64,000 bases of DNA from an uncultured delta proteobacterium (GCA_963843145.1 CAWJJC010000028.1:256001-320000), one strand, 5' to 3'. Counted from the first letter of the stretch, positions 39,688-49,732 are shown. A program made the numbers and translations. The notes: generated by a model not told the origin, from the letters alone.

Positions 39688-39769
39688 GGATTGAGGGGTG
39701 GGGGAATTGGGAATTTTCATCGTTCGCGGCTTCCCCCAGGGACGTGGAGGTTTTGTCGGAAATAATTTC

Positions 39770-39798
39770 TTGACTCTTTTGATTAAATAGCTTATCTT
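39770..39798 (+). promoter_or_regulatory. Sigma-70-like promoter of the cbiM operon
   Basis: TTGACT-17 nt-TATCTT. Confidence 0.55.
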
Positions 39799-39809
39799 AT
39801 AAGGCAATG

Positions 39810-39869
39810 CGGCCATGAAGGCCAGTAACAGTGGGAACTGTTATCGAAACTTCATGGCCGTTTTTTTTT
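39810..39869 (+). terminator. Leader hairpin with U9 tract (attenuator-like) upstream of cbiM
   Basis: CGGCCATGAAG / CTTCATGGCCG outer stem, inner TAACAGT / ACTGTTA stem, followed by 9 T. Confidence 0.7.
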
Positions 39870-39896
39870 GCTATGCACCGAGTCTAAGAGATTTTT

Positions 39897-40538
39897 ATGC
39901 ATATACCGGATGGTTTTTTAAGTAATTCCATTAACCTGACAACCTTTGGGCTCTCGGGGATCACTCTGGCCTGGTCCTTGAAAAAGGCCAAAGAAGAGAT
40001 CAGCGACCGGGAAATTCCGCTCATCGGTGTTACCGCGGCCTTTATTTTTGCGGCCCAGATGATTAATTTTCCGGTAGCCGGGGGAACCAGCGGCCATTTT
40101 TTGGGAGCGGCCCTGGCGGCCATTCTTCTGGGCCCGTGGATCAGTTTTATTATTATGTCCCTGGTGCTGGTGCTCCAATGTTTAGGCTTTGCCGATGGGG
40201 GGTTGACGGCCCTCGGTTCGAATCTATTGAATATGGGATTGATCGGCGGTATCGGGGTTTATTACCTTTTTCGCCTGGTTCTGGCCCTGACCTCCAAAAC
40301 CACCCGCGGCTTTCTATTGGCCGCGGCGGTCGCTTCCTGGTTTTCGGTGGTGCTGGCTTCCCTGGCCTGCGCGGTGGAATTGGCCCTGTCCGGTACCTCG
40401 CCGGCCAAGATTGTTATCCCCGCCATGGTTGGTTTTCACGCCTTAATCGGCATCGGGGAGGCGATCATTACCACCGCGATTTTGTCGGCGGTACTGGCGG
40501 CCCGTTCCGATTTGATCCGCACTTGGAGGACGGCTTGA
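39897..40538 (+). CDS. cbiM: Ni/Co ECF transporter S component CbiM/NikM
   Basis: MHIPDGFL N-terminal metal-binding motif, AAQMINF, GTSGH, ADGG. Confidence 0.93.
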   Translation: MHIPDGFLSNSINLTTFGLSGITLAWSLKKAKEEISDREIPLIGVTAAFIFAAQMINFPVAGGTSGHFLGAALAAILLGPWISFIIMSLVLVLQCLGFADGGLTALGSNLLNMGLIGGIGVYYLFRLVLALTSKTTRGFLLAAAVASWFSVVLASLACAVELALSGTSPAKIVIPAMVGFHALIGIGEAIITTAILSAVLAARSDLIRTWRTA

Positions 40539-41440
40539 GCAGAAAAGGGGGACCTTTCATTGGGTTGGGCCTGGCCTTTCTGGTCTTGGGTATGGGCTTT
40601 CCGGTCTTTCTGTTTGCCGGAACGGTCGGCCCCTTTGTCGCGGATTTTGCCGATACGCAGGAACCCGGCAAATTAGCCCTCCAAATCATCCCGGTTTTAG
40701 GTTTGAAACAGGGGGAATTTGACCAGGATGGGAAAATCCGGTATTTGCCCAGCGGCGACCGGGATACGTCCCTAGCCCTGAGTTTACTCCCTATCTATGG
40801 AATAGCCCAGGATCTCGAAATTGCCGGAGAGGTGCCGTTTATCTATAACTGGAAAAGCCAGTCGGGCCGCTCCGCGCAGGATGGAGGGGTGGGGGACATG
40901 GCCCTCAAAATGAAATATCGGCTCTCTGAGGGAGAAACAGATGGTTGGGCTCCTTCCGTCTCCACGATTGGCAGGGTCCGTTTCCCGACCGGGAAATATG
41001 AAAACCTTTCGCCGGATAAAATGGGGGCGGACGCCGCGGGAAGCGGCGCCTACCTCTTTACTCTGGGAATCAATATCGGAAAATGTACCGGCCAATGGCA
41101 GGTCACTGCCAACCTTTGGTACAATTGGCCCCTGGAAACCACGATCGACGGGGTCAAGACGAAGGAGGGGAATTTCTGGTTTTATGCCTTGAGTGGAGAA
41201 TACGCGGTTTCAAAGCACTGGTCGGTCCTATTGGAGTTTTATGGGCAGGAACAGGGGAAAACGGAAATTGACGGTCGGACGGTGGATCAATCGGAATCCC
41301 GGGTGCTGAATGTCCTACCCGGAATCGGATGGGACATCTCGGAGAAGATGTATATGATGGCGGGCTGTTCCTTCCCACTCTTGGGCAAAAACAGCAGCTT
41401 AACCATTATCCCGTCTCTTTTTTTCAATTACAATTTTTAA
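40535..41440 (+). CDS. Putative outer-membrane channel (MetA-pathway/CoxB-like beta-barrel)
   Basis: TTG start after GGAGG overlapping the cbiM stop; signal peptide, GVGDMALKMKY, FPTGKY, C-terminal YNF. Confidence 0.7.
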   Translation: MSRKGGPFIGLGLAFLVLGMGFPVFLFAGTVGPFVADFADTQEPGKLALQIIPVLGLKQGEFDQDGKIRYLPSGDRDTSLALSLLPIYGIAQDLEIAGEVPFIYNWKSQSGRSAQDGGVGDMALKMKYRLSEGETDGWAPSVSTIGRVRFPTGKYENLSPDKMGADAAGSGAYLFTLGINIGKCTGQWQVTANLWYNWPLETTIDGVKTKEGNFWFYALSGEYAVSKHWSVLLEFYGQEQGKTEIDGRTVDQSESRVLNVLPGIGWDISEKMYMMAGCSFPLLGKNSSLTIIPSLFFNYNF

Positions 41441-41469
41441 ATGCCGCACCCTCTATGGAAACGAACCGA

Positions 41470-41772
41470 ATGTCCCAAAAGAAAATCATCCTCGCCGGAA
41501 TTTTATTGGCCCTGGTGGTGGCCTGTTTTCTATCCCCCTGGGCTTCTTCCTGGCCGGATGGGCTGGAACGGGTGGCGGGGAACCTGGGTTTCCTGAAAAA
41601 AGCGGAAGTGCCCGGGGTCTCGGTCTGGGAGAGATCGCCGCTACCCGACTATAAAATTCCCGGGGTTCAAAGTGAACATTGGGCCACCGGTCTGGCCGGA
41701 CTGGTCGGGACCCTGGCCATCGCCGCTATCGGCTGGGGACTGGCCCGGCTATTAAAGAAAAGGGGATCGTGA
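41470..41772 (+). CDS. PDGLE-domain CbiN/NikN component
   Basis: ASSWPDGLERVA, PLPDY, two TM helices. Confidence 0.85.
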   Translation: MSQKKIILAGILLALVVACFLSPWASSWPDGLERVAGNLGFLKKAEVPGVSVWERSPLPDYKIPGVQSEHWATGLAGLVGTLAIAAIGWGLARLLKKRGS

Positions 41773-41778
41773 CCTCTC

Positions 41779-42549
41779 ATGGAACATAGTTTTTTAGACC
41801 GTTACAGCCACCTGGGCAGCGTCATCCACAACCTGGACGCCCGGACCAAGATCTTGTCTTTTCTCGGTCTAATCGGGCTGACGGTTTTGACGCCGCCCCA
41901 GTACTGGCCCATATTCCTGACCCATTTTACTCTAATGGCCCTGGTGCTGATTCTCTCCCGGGTGCCGGTGGGGTATGTGCTGACCCGTTCCCTGATTATC
42001 CTGCCTTTTGTATTGCTGACCGCTATCTTCCTGCCCTTTCTCCCGGGAGACCGTCCGGCCGGCGGAACCAGCCTGGGGATCGGGACCATGACTTTGACGG
42101 CTTCAGGCCTTCAGGTTTTCTGGAACATCTTCCTCAAGGGCTTCCTAGGCGTATTCGCCATTATCCTGCTTTCGGCCACCACCCCCTTCCCCAGGATTTT
42201 AGAGGCCTTGAGGAAATTCAGGATCCCGGCGATTTTTACCCTGCTTTTGGGGTTTATCTATCGCTATTTGTTTGTTCTTTTGGATGAAGTCCTGCGTATG
42301 AAGCAGGCCATAGAATCCCGGGGCTATCGGGGCCGGTGGATCTGGCAGGCCAAAGCGCTGGGCCGAATGTTGGGTCAATTGTTTCTGCACACTTATGAGC
42401 GCGGGGAGCGGGTCTACCTGGGGATGATGTCACGGGGCTTTCAGGGAGAAACCAGAACCCTGACCCCTTCCCGTCTGCGGCCGGGGGATTATCTTTTCCT
42501 GCTCCTGTTTCTGTCGGTGACCGCGCTTTCCCAGTTCCTCTTTCGATGA
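41779..42549 (+). CDS. cbiQ: ECF T component CbiQ
   Basis: IHNLDARTK, YRYLFVL, ESRG, ERGERVY..MMSRGF. Confidence 0.92.
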   Translation: MEHSFLDRYSHLGSVIHNLDARTKILSFLGLIGLTVLTPPQYWPIFLTHFTLMALVLILSRVPVGYVLTRSLIILPFVLLTAIFLPFLPGDRPAGGTSLGIGTMTLTASGLQVFWNIFLKGFLGVFAIILLSATTPFPRILEALRKFRIPAIFTLLLGFIYRYLFVLLDEVLRMKQAIESRGYRGRWIWQAKALGRMLGQLFLHTYERGERVYLGMMSRGFQGETRTLTPSRLRPGDYLFLLLFLSVTALSQFLFR

Positions 42550-43322
42550 ACGCCATAGAAATTCGCCATCTTTCTTTCACCTATCCGGATGGCCACCAAG
42601 CCCTAAAAGGAGTGAACCTGGCTGTGGAACGGGGGGAATGCCTGGGGTTGGTCGGTCCCAACGGGGCCGGCAAATCCACGCTGCTGCTGCATTTAAACGG
42701 CCTCATCCCCAGTCCCAACGGCTCGGTCCGAATTTTAGGGGAAGTCATCAGCAAACAGACGCTGCCCGGGGTGAGACAAAAGGTGGGAATGGTTTTTCAG
42801 AATCCGGACGACCAGCTTTTTTGCCCCACCCTGTTTGAGGATGTGGCCTTCGGACCTCTGAATAGCCAGGTCCCGGCCGAAGAGGTCCCCGGAAGAGTGG
42901 CCCAGGCCCTCAAAAAGGTGGGCTTGGAAGGGTTTGAGCAGCGTTCACCCCATCATATGAGTGTGGGTGAAAAGCGGAAGGCCTCGCTGGCGACGATCCT
43001 TTCCATGGACCCGGAGATCATCGTTCTGGATGAACCCTCTAGCAACCTGGATCCCCGTTCCCGCAAGGAACTGATCCGCCTGCTGGCCTCCTTTAGGCAA
43101 ACCCGGATCGTGGCCACCCACGATCTGGAAATGGTCCTGCAGCTTTGCGACCGGGTAGCCCTGATGGACCAGGGGGTGGTAGTGGCCCTGGGCCTGCCGG
43201 AGGAGGTGCTCAGCGACGAAGAACTGCTGAAGTCCCATGGGCTGGAACTTCCCGAGATCCTGCGCCTGGTCCCCGCGGAGAAACGACTGGCATTGGTTTC
43301 CCGTCTGAAGAATTTCTTCTGA
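42546..43322 (+). CDS. cbiO: ECF ATPase CbiO
   Basis: GPNGAGKS, FQNPDDQLF, LDEPSSNLDP, ATHD. Confidence 0.93.
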   Translation: MNAIEIRHLSFTYPDGHQALKGVNLAVERGECLGLVGPNGAGKSTLLLHLNGLIPSPNGSVRILGEVISKQTLPGVRQKVGMVFQNPDDQLFCPTLFEDVAFGPLNSQVPAEEVPGRVAQALKKVGLEGFEQRSPHHMSVGEKRKASLATILSMDPEIIVLDEPSSNLDPRSRKELIRLLASFRQTRIVATHDLEMVLQLCDRVALMDQGVVVALGLPEEVLSDEELLKSHGLELPEILRLVPAEKRLALVSRLKNFF

Positions 43323-43492
43323 ACCCCTTCCCGTTTTTTATAAGCGATCCGGAGAATGCCAAAGACGAGGTGAATTCCCCCGCCGGCGAGGTCAAAGGAA
43401 ACCGGGAAAAGAACCGATCAAAACTTTAAAAGTCGGTCTATTCCTGCTGAAGGCGGCCGGATGGGCCAGTTTTTATTTCAGTTTCAGAAAAC

Positions 43493-45790
43493 ATGCAGCT
43501 ATTCGATAATAAAAGATATTTCGCAGGTTGGCTTCATCGTATTTTCCTCCCGAAACCGTTCCTCTACCCGGATGCGACCAAGGACGGCCTGAATTATTGG
43601 CGGGAACGTCTGGTGCTCGCGGTGCTGGCCGCCGGAGGGGGAGTATCTCTGTTAGCCTTGGCACCCGCCATTTACCTGGCCCTGGCGGGGAAACTGTGGG
43701 TGCTTTTGATCGCCGACGTCTCCGCCTTTTTAATTGTAATCATTCTGCTGATTTCCCATCGTTTTGAGCTACGGGGCCCGGGCCATGGGAGTGCTGCTGA
43801 TTACATTTACAGTAGGTGTGGTTATCATTGGTCAGGTTGGATTTCTCAGCGCCGGCACGGCTTGGCTTTTTTGTTTTTCAGTTCTGGCCAGTGTGCTTTT
43901 TGGGCTAAGAGGCGCGCTGGCGGCGACCCTGCTGAACGCCGTCGCGATCGTCCTGCTGGCCTGGCTTGTCTATCCCGGGAAGCCGGGAGAGCGGGAGTTT
44001 CTGATGTCCTTCAGCCGGTTGATCACTGCGGGGGCCAATTTCATCTTTCTCAACGGGGTGGCGGCGATTTCAGTGGCCGCGCTGGTAAACGGGTTACTGG
44101 CGTTGAATCGGAAAACCGCTGCTGCAACGGCCGCCTTGAATGAGGAAAAGGCGGCCCTGCTGAAAGCCAGGGAAAGTCTGAAGGAGGAGATTGCGGTTCG
44201 GATGAAATCCGAGAAGGCCCTCCAGCAAAGTGAGCGCCAATACCGTCTGTTGGCTGAAAATATCAAGGATGTCATCTGGACCATGGACCTGAATTTCCGG
44301 TTTACTTATGTCAGCTCGGTGGTCGAAGCCATGCAAGGCTGGACACCGGAGGAGATGCTCGAATTAACCTTGGAGAACATCATGGCCACTTCTTCTCTGG
44401 AAACGGTTTTGGAGGTCTTCAACCGGGAATATGCTCTGGGGCAGCAGACAGGGGAACACAACCGTTCGGCCACAGTGGAACTCGAACTATTTCGGCAGGA
44501 CGGCTCCATGCTCTGGACCGAAGTCACCGCCTCTTTCATTCTTAACGAGGAGGGCTTGCCCGTGGGCATTCTCGGCGTCACCCGTGACATTTCCGAGCGA
44601 CGAAAGGCCCAGGAAGAAAAAGAAAAACCGCTGGAGAATTTAAATCAATTCGGAAAATGGAGGCTATCGGGAGACTGGCCGGCGGGGTGGCCCATGACCT
44701 TAACAATGTTCTTTCGGGCATCGTGAGCTATCCCGATCTGCTGCTGCTGGACCTTCCGCAGGACAGCCCGAACAGAGGACCTCTGGAGACCATTCAAGCG
44801 TCCGGCAAAAAGGCGGCCGCAATCGTGCAGGATCTATTGACGCTCGCCCGTCGAGGCGTGTCTGTGGCTAAAGTCCTCAATCTAAACGATATCATTCGGG
44901 AATATCTTACCAGCCCGGAATTTAAGCGTTGGGAATCATTCCACCCGCCGGTGGATCTTGATCGGCACCTCGACCCGGCGATAAGGACCATTAAGGGTTC
45001 GCCGATTCATCTGTCCAAAACGATCATGAATCTGGTGTCAAACGCCGTCGAAGCCATGCCAATTGGCGGGAAGATTGAGCTGGCCACCGGCAACAGCCCT
45101 CTGACGCGACCGGTCCCGGGTTATGCCGAGATCCGGGAAGGGGATTATGTGGTTGTACGAGTTTCGGATTCGGGCATCGGCATCTCCAAGGAAGATATTC
45201 ATAGGATATTTGAGCCCTTTTACACGAAAAAAAAGATGGGTCGCAGCGGAACGGGTCTGGGGATGGCCATCGTCTGGGGGACCGTGGAAGACCACCAGGG
45301 GTATATCGACGTACAGAGCACTCCAGGGAAAGGGACTACCGTTACCCTCTATCTGCCCGCCACCCACCTGGAACAAACCGGCAAAGGGAGTCCGAAAACG
45401 CCGGATCAATACCAAGGTCATGGCGAAACCGTGCTGGTGGTCGACGATGTTCGGGAACAAAGGGAAATCGCCACCCGTATCCTGAAACAACTGGGGTATG
45501 CGGTCAGCTCCGCGGCCAGCGGTGAGGAGGCGGTTGAGTGCATCCGTAAGGGGAAAATAGACCTGGTCATTCTGGATATGATCATGGAACCCGGGATCGA
45601 CGGTCTGGAAACCTATCGGAGAATGCTCCAATTCAACCCCCGGCAGAAGACAATCATCACCAGCGGTTTCTCCGAAACGGCCCGGGTGAAAAGCATGCAG
45701 CAACTGGGGGCCGGTACCTACCTCAAGAAACCCTATACGGTTGAAGCTATTGGAATGACTGTTAAATCCGAGTTTGAATCCAGGAGTTAA
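43493..45790 (+). CDS. Membrane PAS hybrid histidine kinase-receiver, split by two frameshifts (~43765, ~44650)
   Basis: TM region (43493/43764), PAS, then MEAIGRLAGGVAHDLNN, FEPFYTKK..GTGLG, receiver VLVVDD. Confidence 0.8.
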
Positions 45791-45824
45791 CTCGAATTCC
45801 CATATTTTCGAAGCAGGATTATCT

Positions 45825-47240
45825 TCAAGCCCTTCCCTGTGCAGTAAGGATTCCAATGTCCATTCGAGACCGGCCCCAGGATTCATTGCCCATATCCCGC
45901 ATCAGGCTCTTAAAAGCCTCCACGCATTCCGGGCATAGTTGCCGACCCTGTTCATCTTCTATGATTTCCATGGCCCGGTCATGGCTCAAGGCTCGTCGAT
46001 AGGGACGATCGCTGGTCAAGGCGTGGTAGGTATCGGCCACCGCCGTCATTCTGGCCCAGCGCAGTATCTGTTTCCCTTTAATCCCATCCGGATAGCCGCT
46101 GCCGTCAAAACGCTCATGGTGATGGAGGATGACCGGAAGCAGCGGTTTTATACTGGGAATCGAACCTAAAATGGAGGCGCCGATAACCGGATGTTTGCGG
46201 ATGACCGCGAATTCTTCCGCGCTGAGGCGGCCGGGTTTCAAAAGGATGTGGTCGGGAATCCCGATCTTGCCGATATCATGCAGCCTTCCGGAGATGCCCA
46301 GGGATTCGATTTCTTCCGGACCGGCATTCATATGGGCGGCCATCTTGGTCACCAGCAGGGCGACGGCCTCGGAATGCCCCCGGGTGTAGTGATCCCGGGC
46401 CTCGAGGGCCACGATCAGGCTGGTGATGCCGGCCAGCATCATTTTTTGTTCCAGATCCAGCCGCTCCCGTTCCTTGAGCAAAAGGAGAAAATGGTCCGAG
46501 ATCAGTTTCTCCACGGTGATGACCGCTTGTTCCAGATTAAAGGGCTTGACCAGGTAGCCCGCCGCGCCCCATTGCAGCAGTTGCCGCATGACGGCCCGAT
46601 CGTTATTGGAGCTCATGACGACAAAAGGAATGGTGCCCAGATCGGGGTCCCCGTGAAGTTTTCGGCAGAGGTCGAGCCCGTTCATCTGGGGCATATCGAG
46701 GTCGCTCAAGATCAGGTCCGGCCGGCGCTCGGCGATCCGTTTTAGGGCCTGTTTTCCGTCTTCCGCCTCCATGACCTGAAAACCCGCCTCTTCCAGAGCC
46801 TGGGTTACCCGTTGGCGGATATTCGGCGAATCGTCCACCACCAGGACCAGGCGGCTGCGGTGAAACTTGCTTTTCTCGAGGACCCTTTCGATAGTTTCGT
46901 TCAGCAGGGCCTGGGCCTCCGATTTGGAAACATAGGCGGCCGCCCCCACATTGAAGCCCTGTTCCACGTCCCGGTCCGTATCCAGGGAACTGAGGATGAT
47001 CACCGGAATACCCCGGGTGACGGGATCGTTTTTCAACTGGGCGCAGAGGCCGAACCCGTCCAGACGGGGCATTTCCACATCGGAGATGATCAGGTCGAAA
47101 CTCCCGGAAAAGGCCTTCTCCAGCCCCTCCCACCCGTCTTCCGCCTGGGTGACCCGGGCCCCGAATTTCTCCAGTTGCCGGCTTAGGGCCTTGCGGATGA
47201 TCGAGCTGTCATCGACGATGAGTATCTTGGGTAAATTCAT
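45825..47240 (-). CDS. REC-REC-HD-GYP cyclic-di-GMP phosphodiesterase
   Basis: Two receiver domains; YTRGHS, LHDIGKIG, HHERFDGSGYP. Confidence 0.92.
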   Translation of the reverse strand: MNLPKILIVDDSSIIRKALSRQLEKFGARVTQAEDGWEGLEKAFSGSFDLIISDVEMPRLDGFGLCAQLKNDPVTRGIPVIILSSLDTDRDVEQGFNVGAAAYVSKSEAQALLNETIERVLEKSKFHRSRLVLVVDDSPNIRQRVTQALEEAGFQVMEAEDGKQALKRIAERRPDLILSDLDMPQMNGLDLCRKLHGDPDLGTIPFVVMSSNNDRAVMRQLLQWGAAGYLVKPFNLEQAVITVEKLISDHFLLLLKERERLDLEQKMMLAGITSLIVALEARDHYTRGHSEAVALLVTKMAAHMNAGPEEIESLGISGRLHDIGKIGIPDHILLKPGRLSAEEFAVIRKHPVIGASILGSIPSIKPLLPVILHHHERFDGSGYPDGIKGKQILRWARMTAVADTYHALTSDRPYRRALSHDRAMEIIEDEQGRQLCPECVEAFKSLMRDMGNESWGRSRMDIGILTAQGRA

Positions 47241-47363
47241 GATCGGGGGTTTGACCGGGAACAGTCCTTTCCCCCGGAACAATCAAATAACGGCATCGAA
47301 TTATTTTCGGCAGATTGAAACGTTTCCTTTAACGTTGCCCGGATATTATAGCAGTCACATGAT

Positions 47364-47567
47364 TGAAAAAATCGCAAAAAGTCCCAAACTGTCATCCTGA
47401 GCCCCGCCGAAGGCGGGATAAACTCCGCGAAGGATCTCAGTTTTCGGCTCAGGGTAAACTCCGCGAATAATATTACAACCTATTGAAAAAACAATATTAT
47501 TCGTTCTGAATTATCGCGGGACGAAGAATTAAAAGCGCTCCCTGATGGGCCTTTTGCGAACAGATCA
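47364..47567. mobile_element. MITE-like shell (TGA-N5-TCGCAAAAAGTCC ends) containing a GTCATCCTGAG half-palindrome
   Basis: TGAAAAAATCGCAAAAAGTCC at 47364; inverted ends at 47547-47567 and 49738-49758; related ends at 54634, 54723 and 57683. Confidence 0.65.
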
Positions 47568-48065
47568 TAGCGGGGCGAGTTAAGACCGGATAGAGAATTT
47601 CGTTTCAGCCCGGCCGATATTAAGGAAATCCGATTGAACCTGCATAAATCTCAGGCGGAATTTTCTCTGATGATCGGGGTTAGCGTTTCCACGCTTCAGA
47701 ATTGGGAGCAGGGCCGGCGGGTTCCGGAAGGTCCCGCCCGGGCACTACTTAAAATCGCCGCCGAAAAACCAGGGGCGGTTATAGAGGCCTTGAGTGGTTA
47801 ATGGGGACTTTCTTCGGCCTGGCCTTATGCGTCGGAGGAAAATAGCAAATAATAATTCTCCGAATTCCTCAGCAGGGCAGGAATCCACCGACTTTTGATC
47901 ACCTCCCGGTCTCTTTTCGTTATGAAGGTTTTACGGGATTCGATTCCCCAGGCCGTCACGCTCTGCAAGGCCCCGGGGACGTTCGGGCGAACACTAACTA
48001 ATCGAGGCTTGCTTTTTTCTTAAGTCCTTTTTACAACCACCGGCGAGTATATTCAGAAACTACGT
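47542..48065. repeat. Copy 1 of ~520-bp direct repeat (copy 2 at 49733-50249)
   Basis: Near-identical HTH segment at constant offset 2191; more diverged 3' half. Confidence 0.93.
47571..47801 (+). pseudogene. 5'-truncated XRE/HigA-like HTH antitoxin, copy 1
   Basis: RGELRPDREF..SQAEFSLMIGVSVSTLQNWEQGRRVPEGPARALLKIA; no start, cut by the MITE end. Confidence 0.8.
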
Positions 48066-48188
48066 GCCCTTGTCTCTCATAGGATGTCCCCCTTTACTCG
48101 ATCCCAGACCTGGGAGCCGTACCCTGAAAAATGGAAAAGCAACCGGCCCCCGGCCTTGGCCCCTTTGACCAGCCATGTTAAGTATTTC

Positions 48189-48217
48189 TTGCGCTATTCG
48201 CGAATAGCGAATATAAT
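48189..48217 (+). promoter_or_regulatory. Promoter with 16-bp perfect palindromic operator; probably leaderless transcript
   Basis: TTGCGC-17-TATAAT; GCTATTCGCGAATAGC at 48193-48208; ATG 6 nt after the -10 box. Confidence 0.7.
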
Positions 48218-48223
48218 CCCACC

Positions 48224-48736
48224 ATGAACCTCAAACCCCAAGATATAATCATTCTCTTGAAGCTTATCGTGCTGGGTGAAGACCAGTGGTCTTATGCATC
48301 CCTGGCCAGCGATCTGTTCATGAGCACTTCAGAGGTCCATGCCGGTATAAAGCGCGCGGTTGTAGCTCGCCTGATGGATTCCCAAAGAGGACGCCCCCTG
48401 AAACAATCGCTGGAAGAATTCCTCATTCATGGCGTCAAATATGCGTTTGCCCCGGATCATGGCGGTCTGACCCGAGGCGTTCCTACCGGATATGCGGCGC
48501 CACCGCTCAATAACATGATTTCTCAACCAATGGACCCTCCCCCCGTATGGTCGGATCCGGAAGGTGATACGCGCGGGTATGAATTCTCGCCCTTGTATAA
48601 GTCTGTCCCGAAGGCCGCCTTAAAAGACAAAATACTTTATGAATTAATCGTTCTAGTTGATGCCATCCGAGACGGGAGAGCCCGCGAAAGAGAAATTGCC
48701 ATCAAAGAACTCAAAATGCGATTAGGATCACCATGA
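48224..48736 (+). CDS. HTH-containing protein, putative AbiEi-like antitoxin
   Basis: N-terminal HTH (WSYASLASDLFMSTSEVH), EFLIHGVKY, LVDAIRDGRARE; ATGA overlap with next gene. Confidence 0.7.
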   Translation: MNLKPQDIIILLKLIVLGEDQWSYASLASDLFMSTSEVHAGIKRAVVARLMDSQRGRPLKQSLEEFLIHGVKYAFAPDHGGLTRGVPTGYAAPPLNNMISQPMDPPPVWSDPEGDTRGYEFSPLYKSVPKAALKDKILYELIVLVDAIRDGRAREREIAIKELKMRLGSP

Positions 48737-49449
48737 TCAATAACCAAAACATCAATATCCGGATGATCATCCATGTGGCCAAACGCCTTGGTGTCTTGAG
48801 GGACAAGGTTGTTTTCGTCGGGGGTTGCGCCACGGGATTGTTTATTACAGATCCGGCCCTACCTGAAGTCCGGGCCACGCAGGATGTGGATGTCATTGTC
48901 GAGGTTGCCTCACGGGTGGAATATTACAGACTTGAAGAAGAACTTCGGAGCAGGGATTTCAAACAGGATATGAGTGAAAATGCGCCGGTCTGCCGTTGGC
49001 TGGTTGATACGATCACAGTGGATATCATGCCTACGCGGGAAGATATACTGGGGTTCTCCAACCGCTGGTATCTGCCCGCCATTAAGAATGCAAACCCTAT
49101 TGAAATCGAAAAAAAATTGACTATTCGACTCGTGACACCCCCCTATTTCCTGGCAACCAAAATTGAAGCCTTTGAGGGACGTAGCGGTGGAGATTATATG
49201 GCCAGTCACGACCTGGAAGACATCATCACGGTCCTGGATGGCCGTCCGGAAATCGTTTCGGAAATCAAAAGCTCATCCGATGACCTTAAGATTTTCTTAT
49301 CCGGTACATTTCGAATGCTTCTGGAAAAGGACGAATTCCTCGATGCCATTCCAGGGCATCTGCCACCCGATCGTGCAAGCCAGGCAAGATTGCCACGGCT
49401 CATGAGATGCATCGAGGAGATATCAAAGATTCATGATTCTGTGCGGTAA
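48733..49449 (+). CDS. Nucleotidyltransferase-fold protein, putative AbiEii-like toxin
   Basis: VFVGG..RATQDVD, FLATKIEAF..SHDLEDI. Confidence 0.75.
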   Translation: MINNQNINIRMIIHVAKRLGVLRDKVVFVGGCATGLFITDPALPEVRATQDVDVIVEVASRVEYYRLEEELRSRDFKQDMSENAPVCRWLVDTITVDIMPTREDILGFSNRWYLPAIKNANPIEIEKKLTIRLVTPPYFLATKIEAFEGRSGGDYMASHDLEDIITVLDGRPEIVSEIKSSSDDLKIFLSGTFRMLLEKDEFLDAIPGHLPPDRASQARLPRLMRCIEEISKIHDSVR

Positions 49450-49594
49450 AATTTGCATTGGGTATAGTGCGGGGTGCAGAGCGCAGCGTCTAAAAGACAT
49501 TTATCGGATACTAAACGCCTACCGCAAAGGAACCCCCGCCGGATGCCGGGCATTCTTTCTTTTGGTTCTATCTTCCATCTTATCCTCTCTATTC

Positions 49595-49679
49595 CCCGGA
49601 AGATGTCCCGCTGCTCATTGCCCCGGCAGGTAACGTGGTATACTGCTCCTGGGTACTGGACTCGTAAAGATCGGGCCAT
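49595..49679 (-). pseudogene. N-terminal fragment of REP-associated tyrosine (Y1/RAYT-like) transposase
   Basis: MARSLRVQYPGAVYHVTCRGNEQRDIFR, then similarity is lost. Confidence 0.75.
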
Positions 49680-49732
49680 GATGCCTTCTTAATAAATTGA
49701 AACCGTAATTGACCCCTTCTCCTTTTTTCTCT

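Larger units (their letters stand above)
39170..39704. repeat. CCCTCTCCC/GGGAGGGG-type palindrome pair interrupted by the TIR element
   Basis: CCCCCACACCCCCGCCCTCTCCC..GGGAG and CCCCTCCCC..GGGAGGGGATTGAGGGG|TGGGGG restored on removing the insert and one TSD copy. Confidence 0.7.

Noticed and set aside
39810-39869. Canonical cobalamin riboswitch before cbiM
   Set aside because: Leader is only ~90 nt and lacks the B12-box and conserved core
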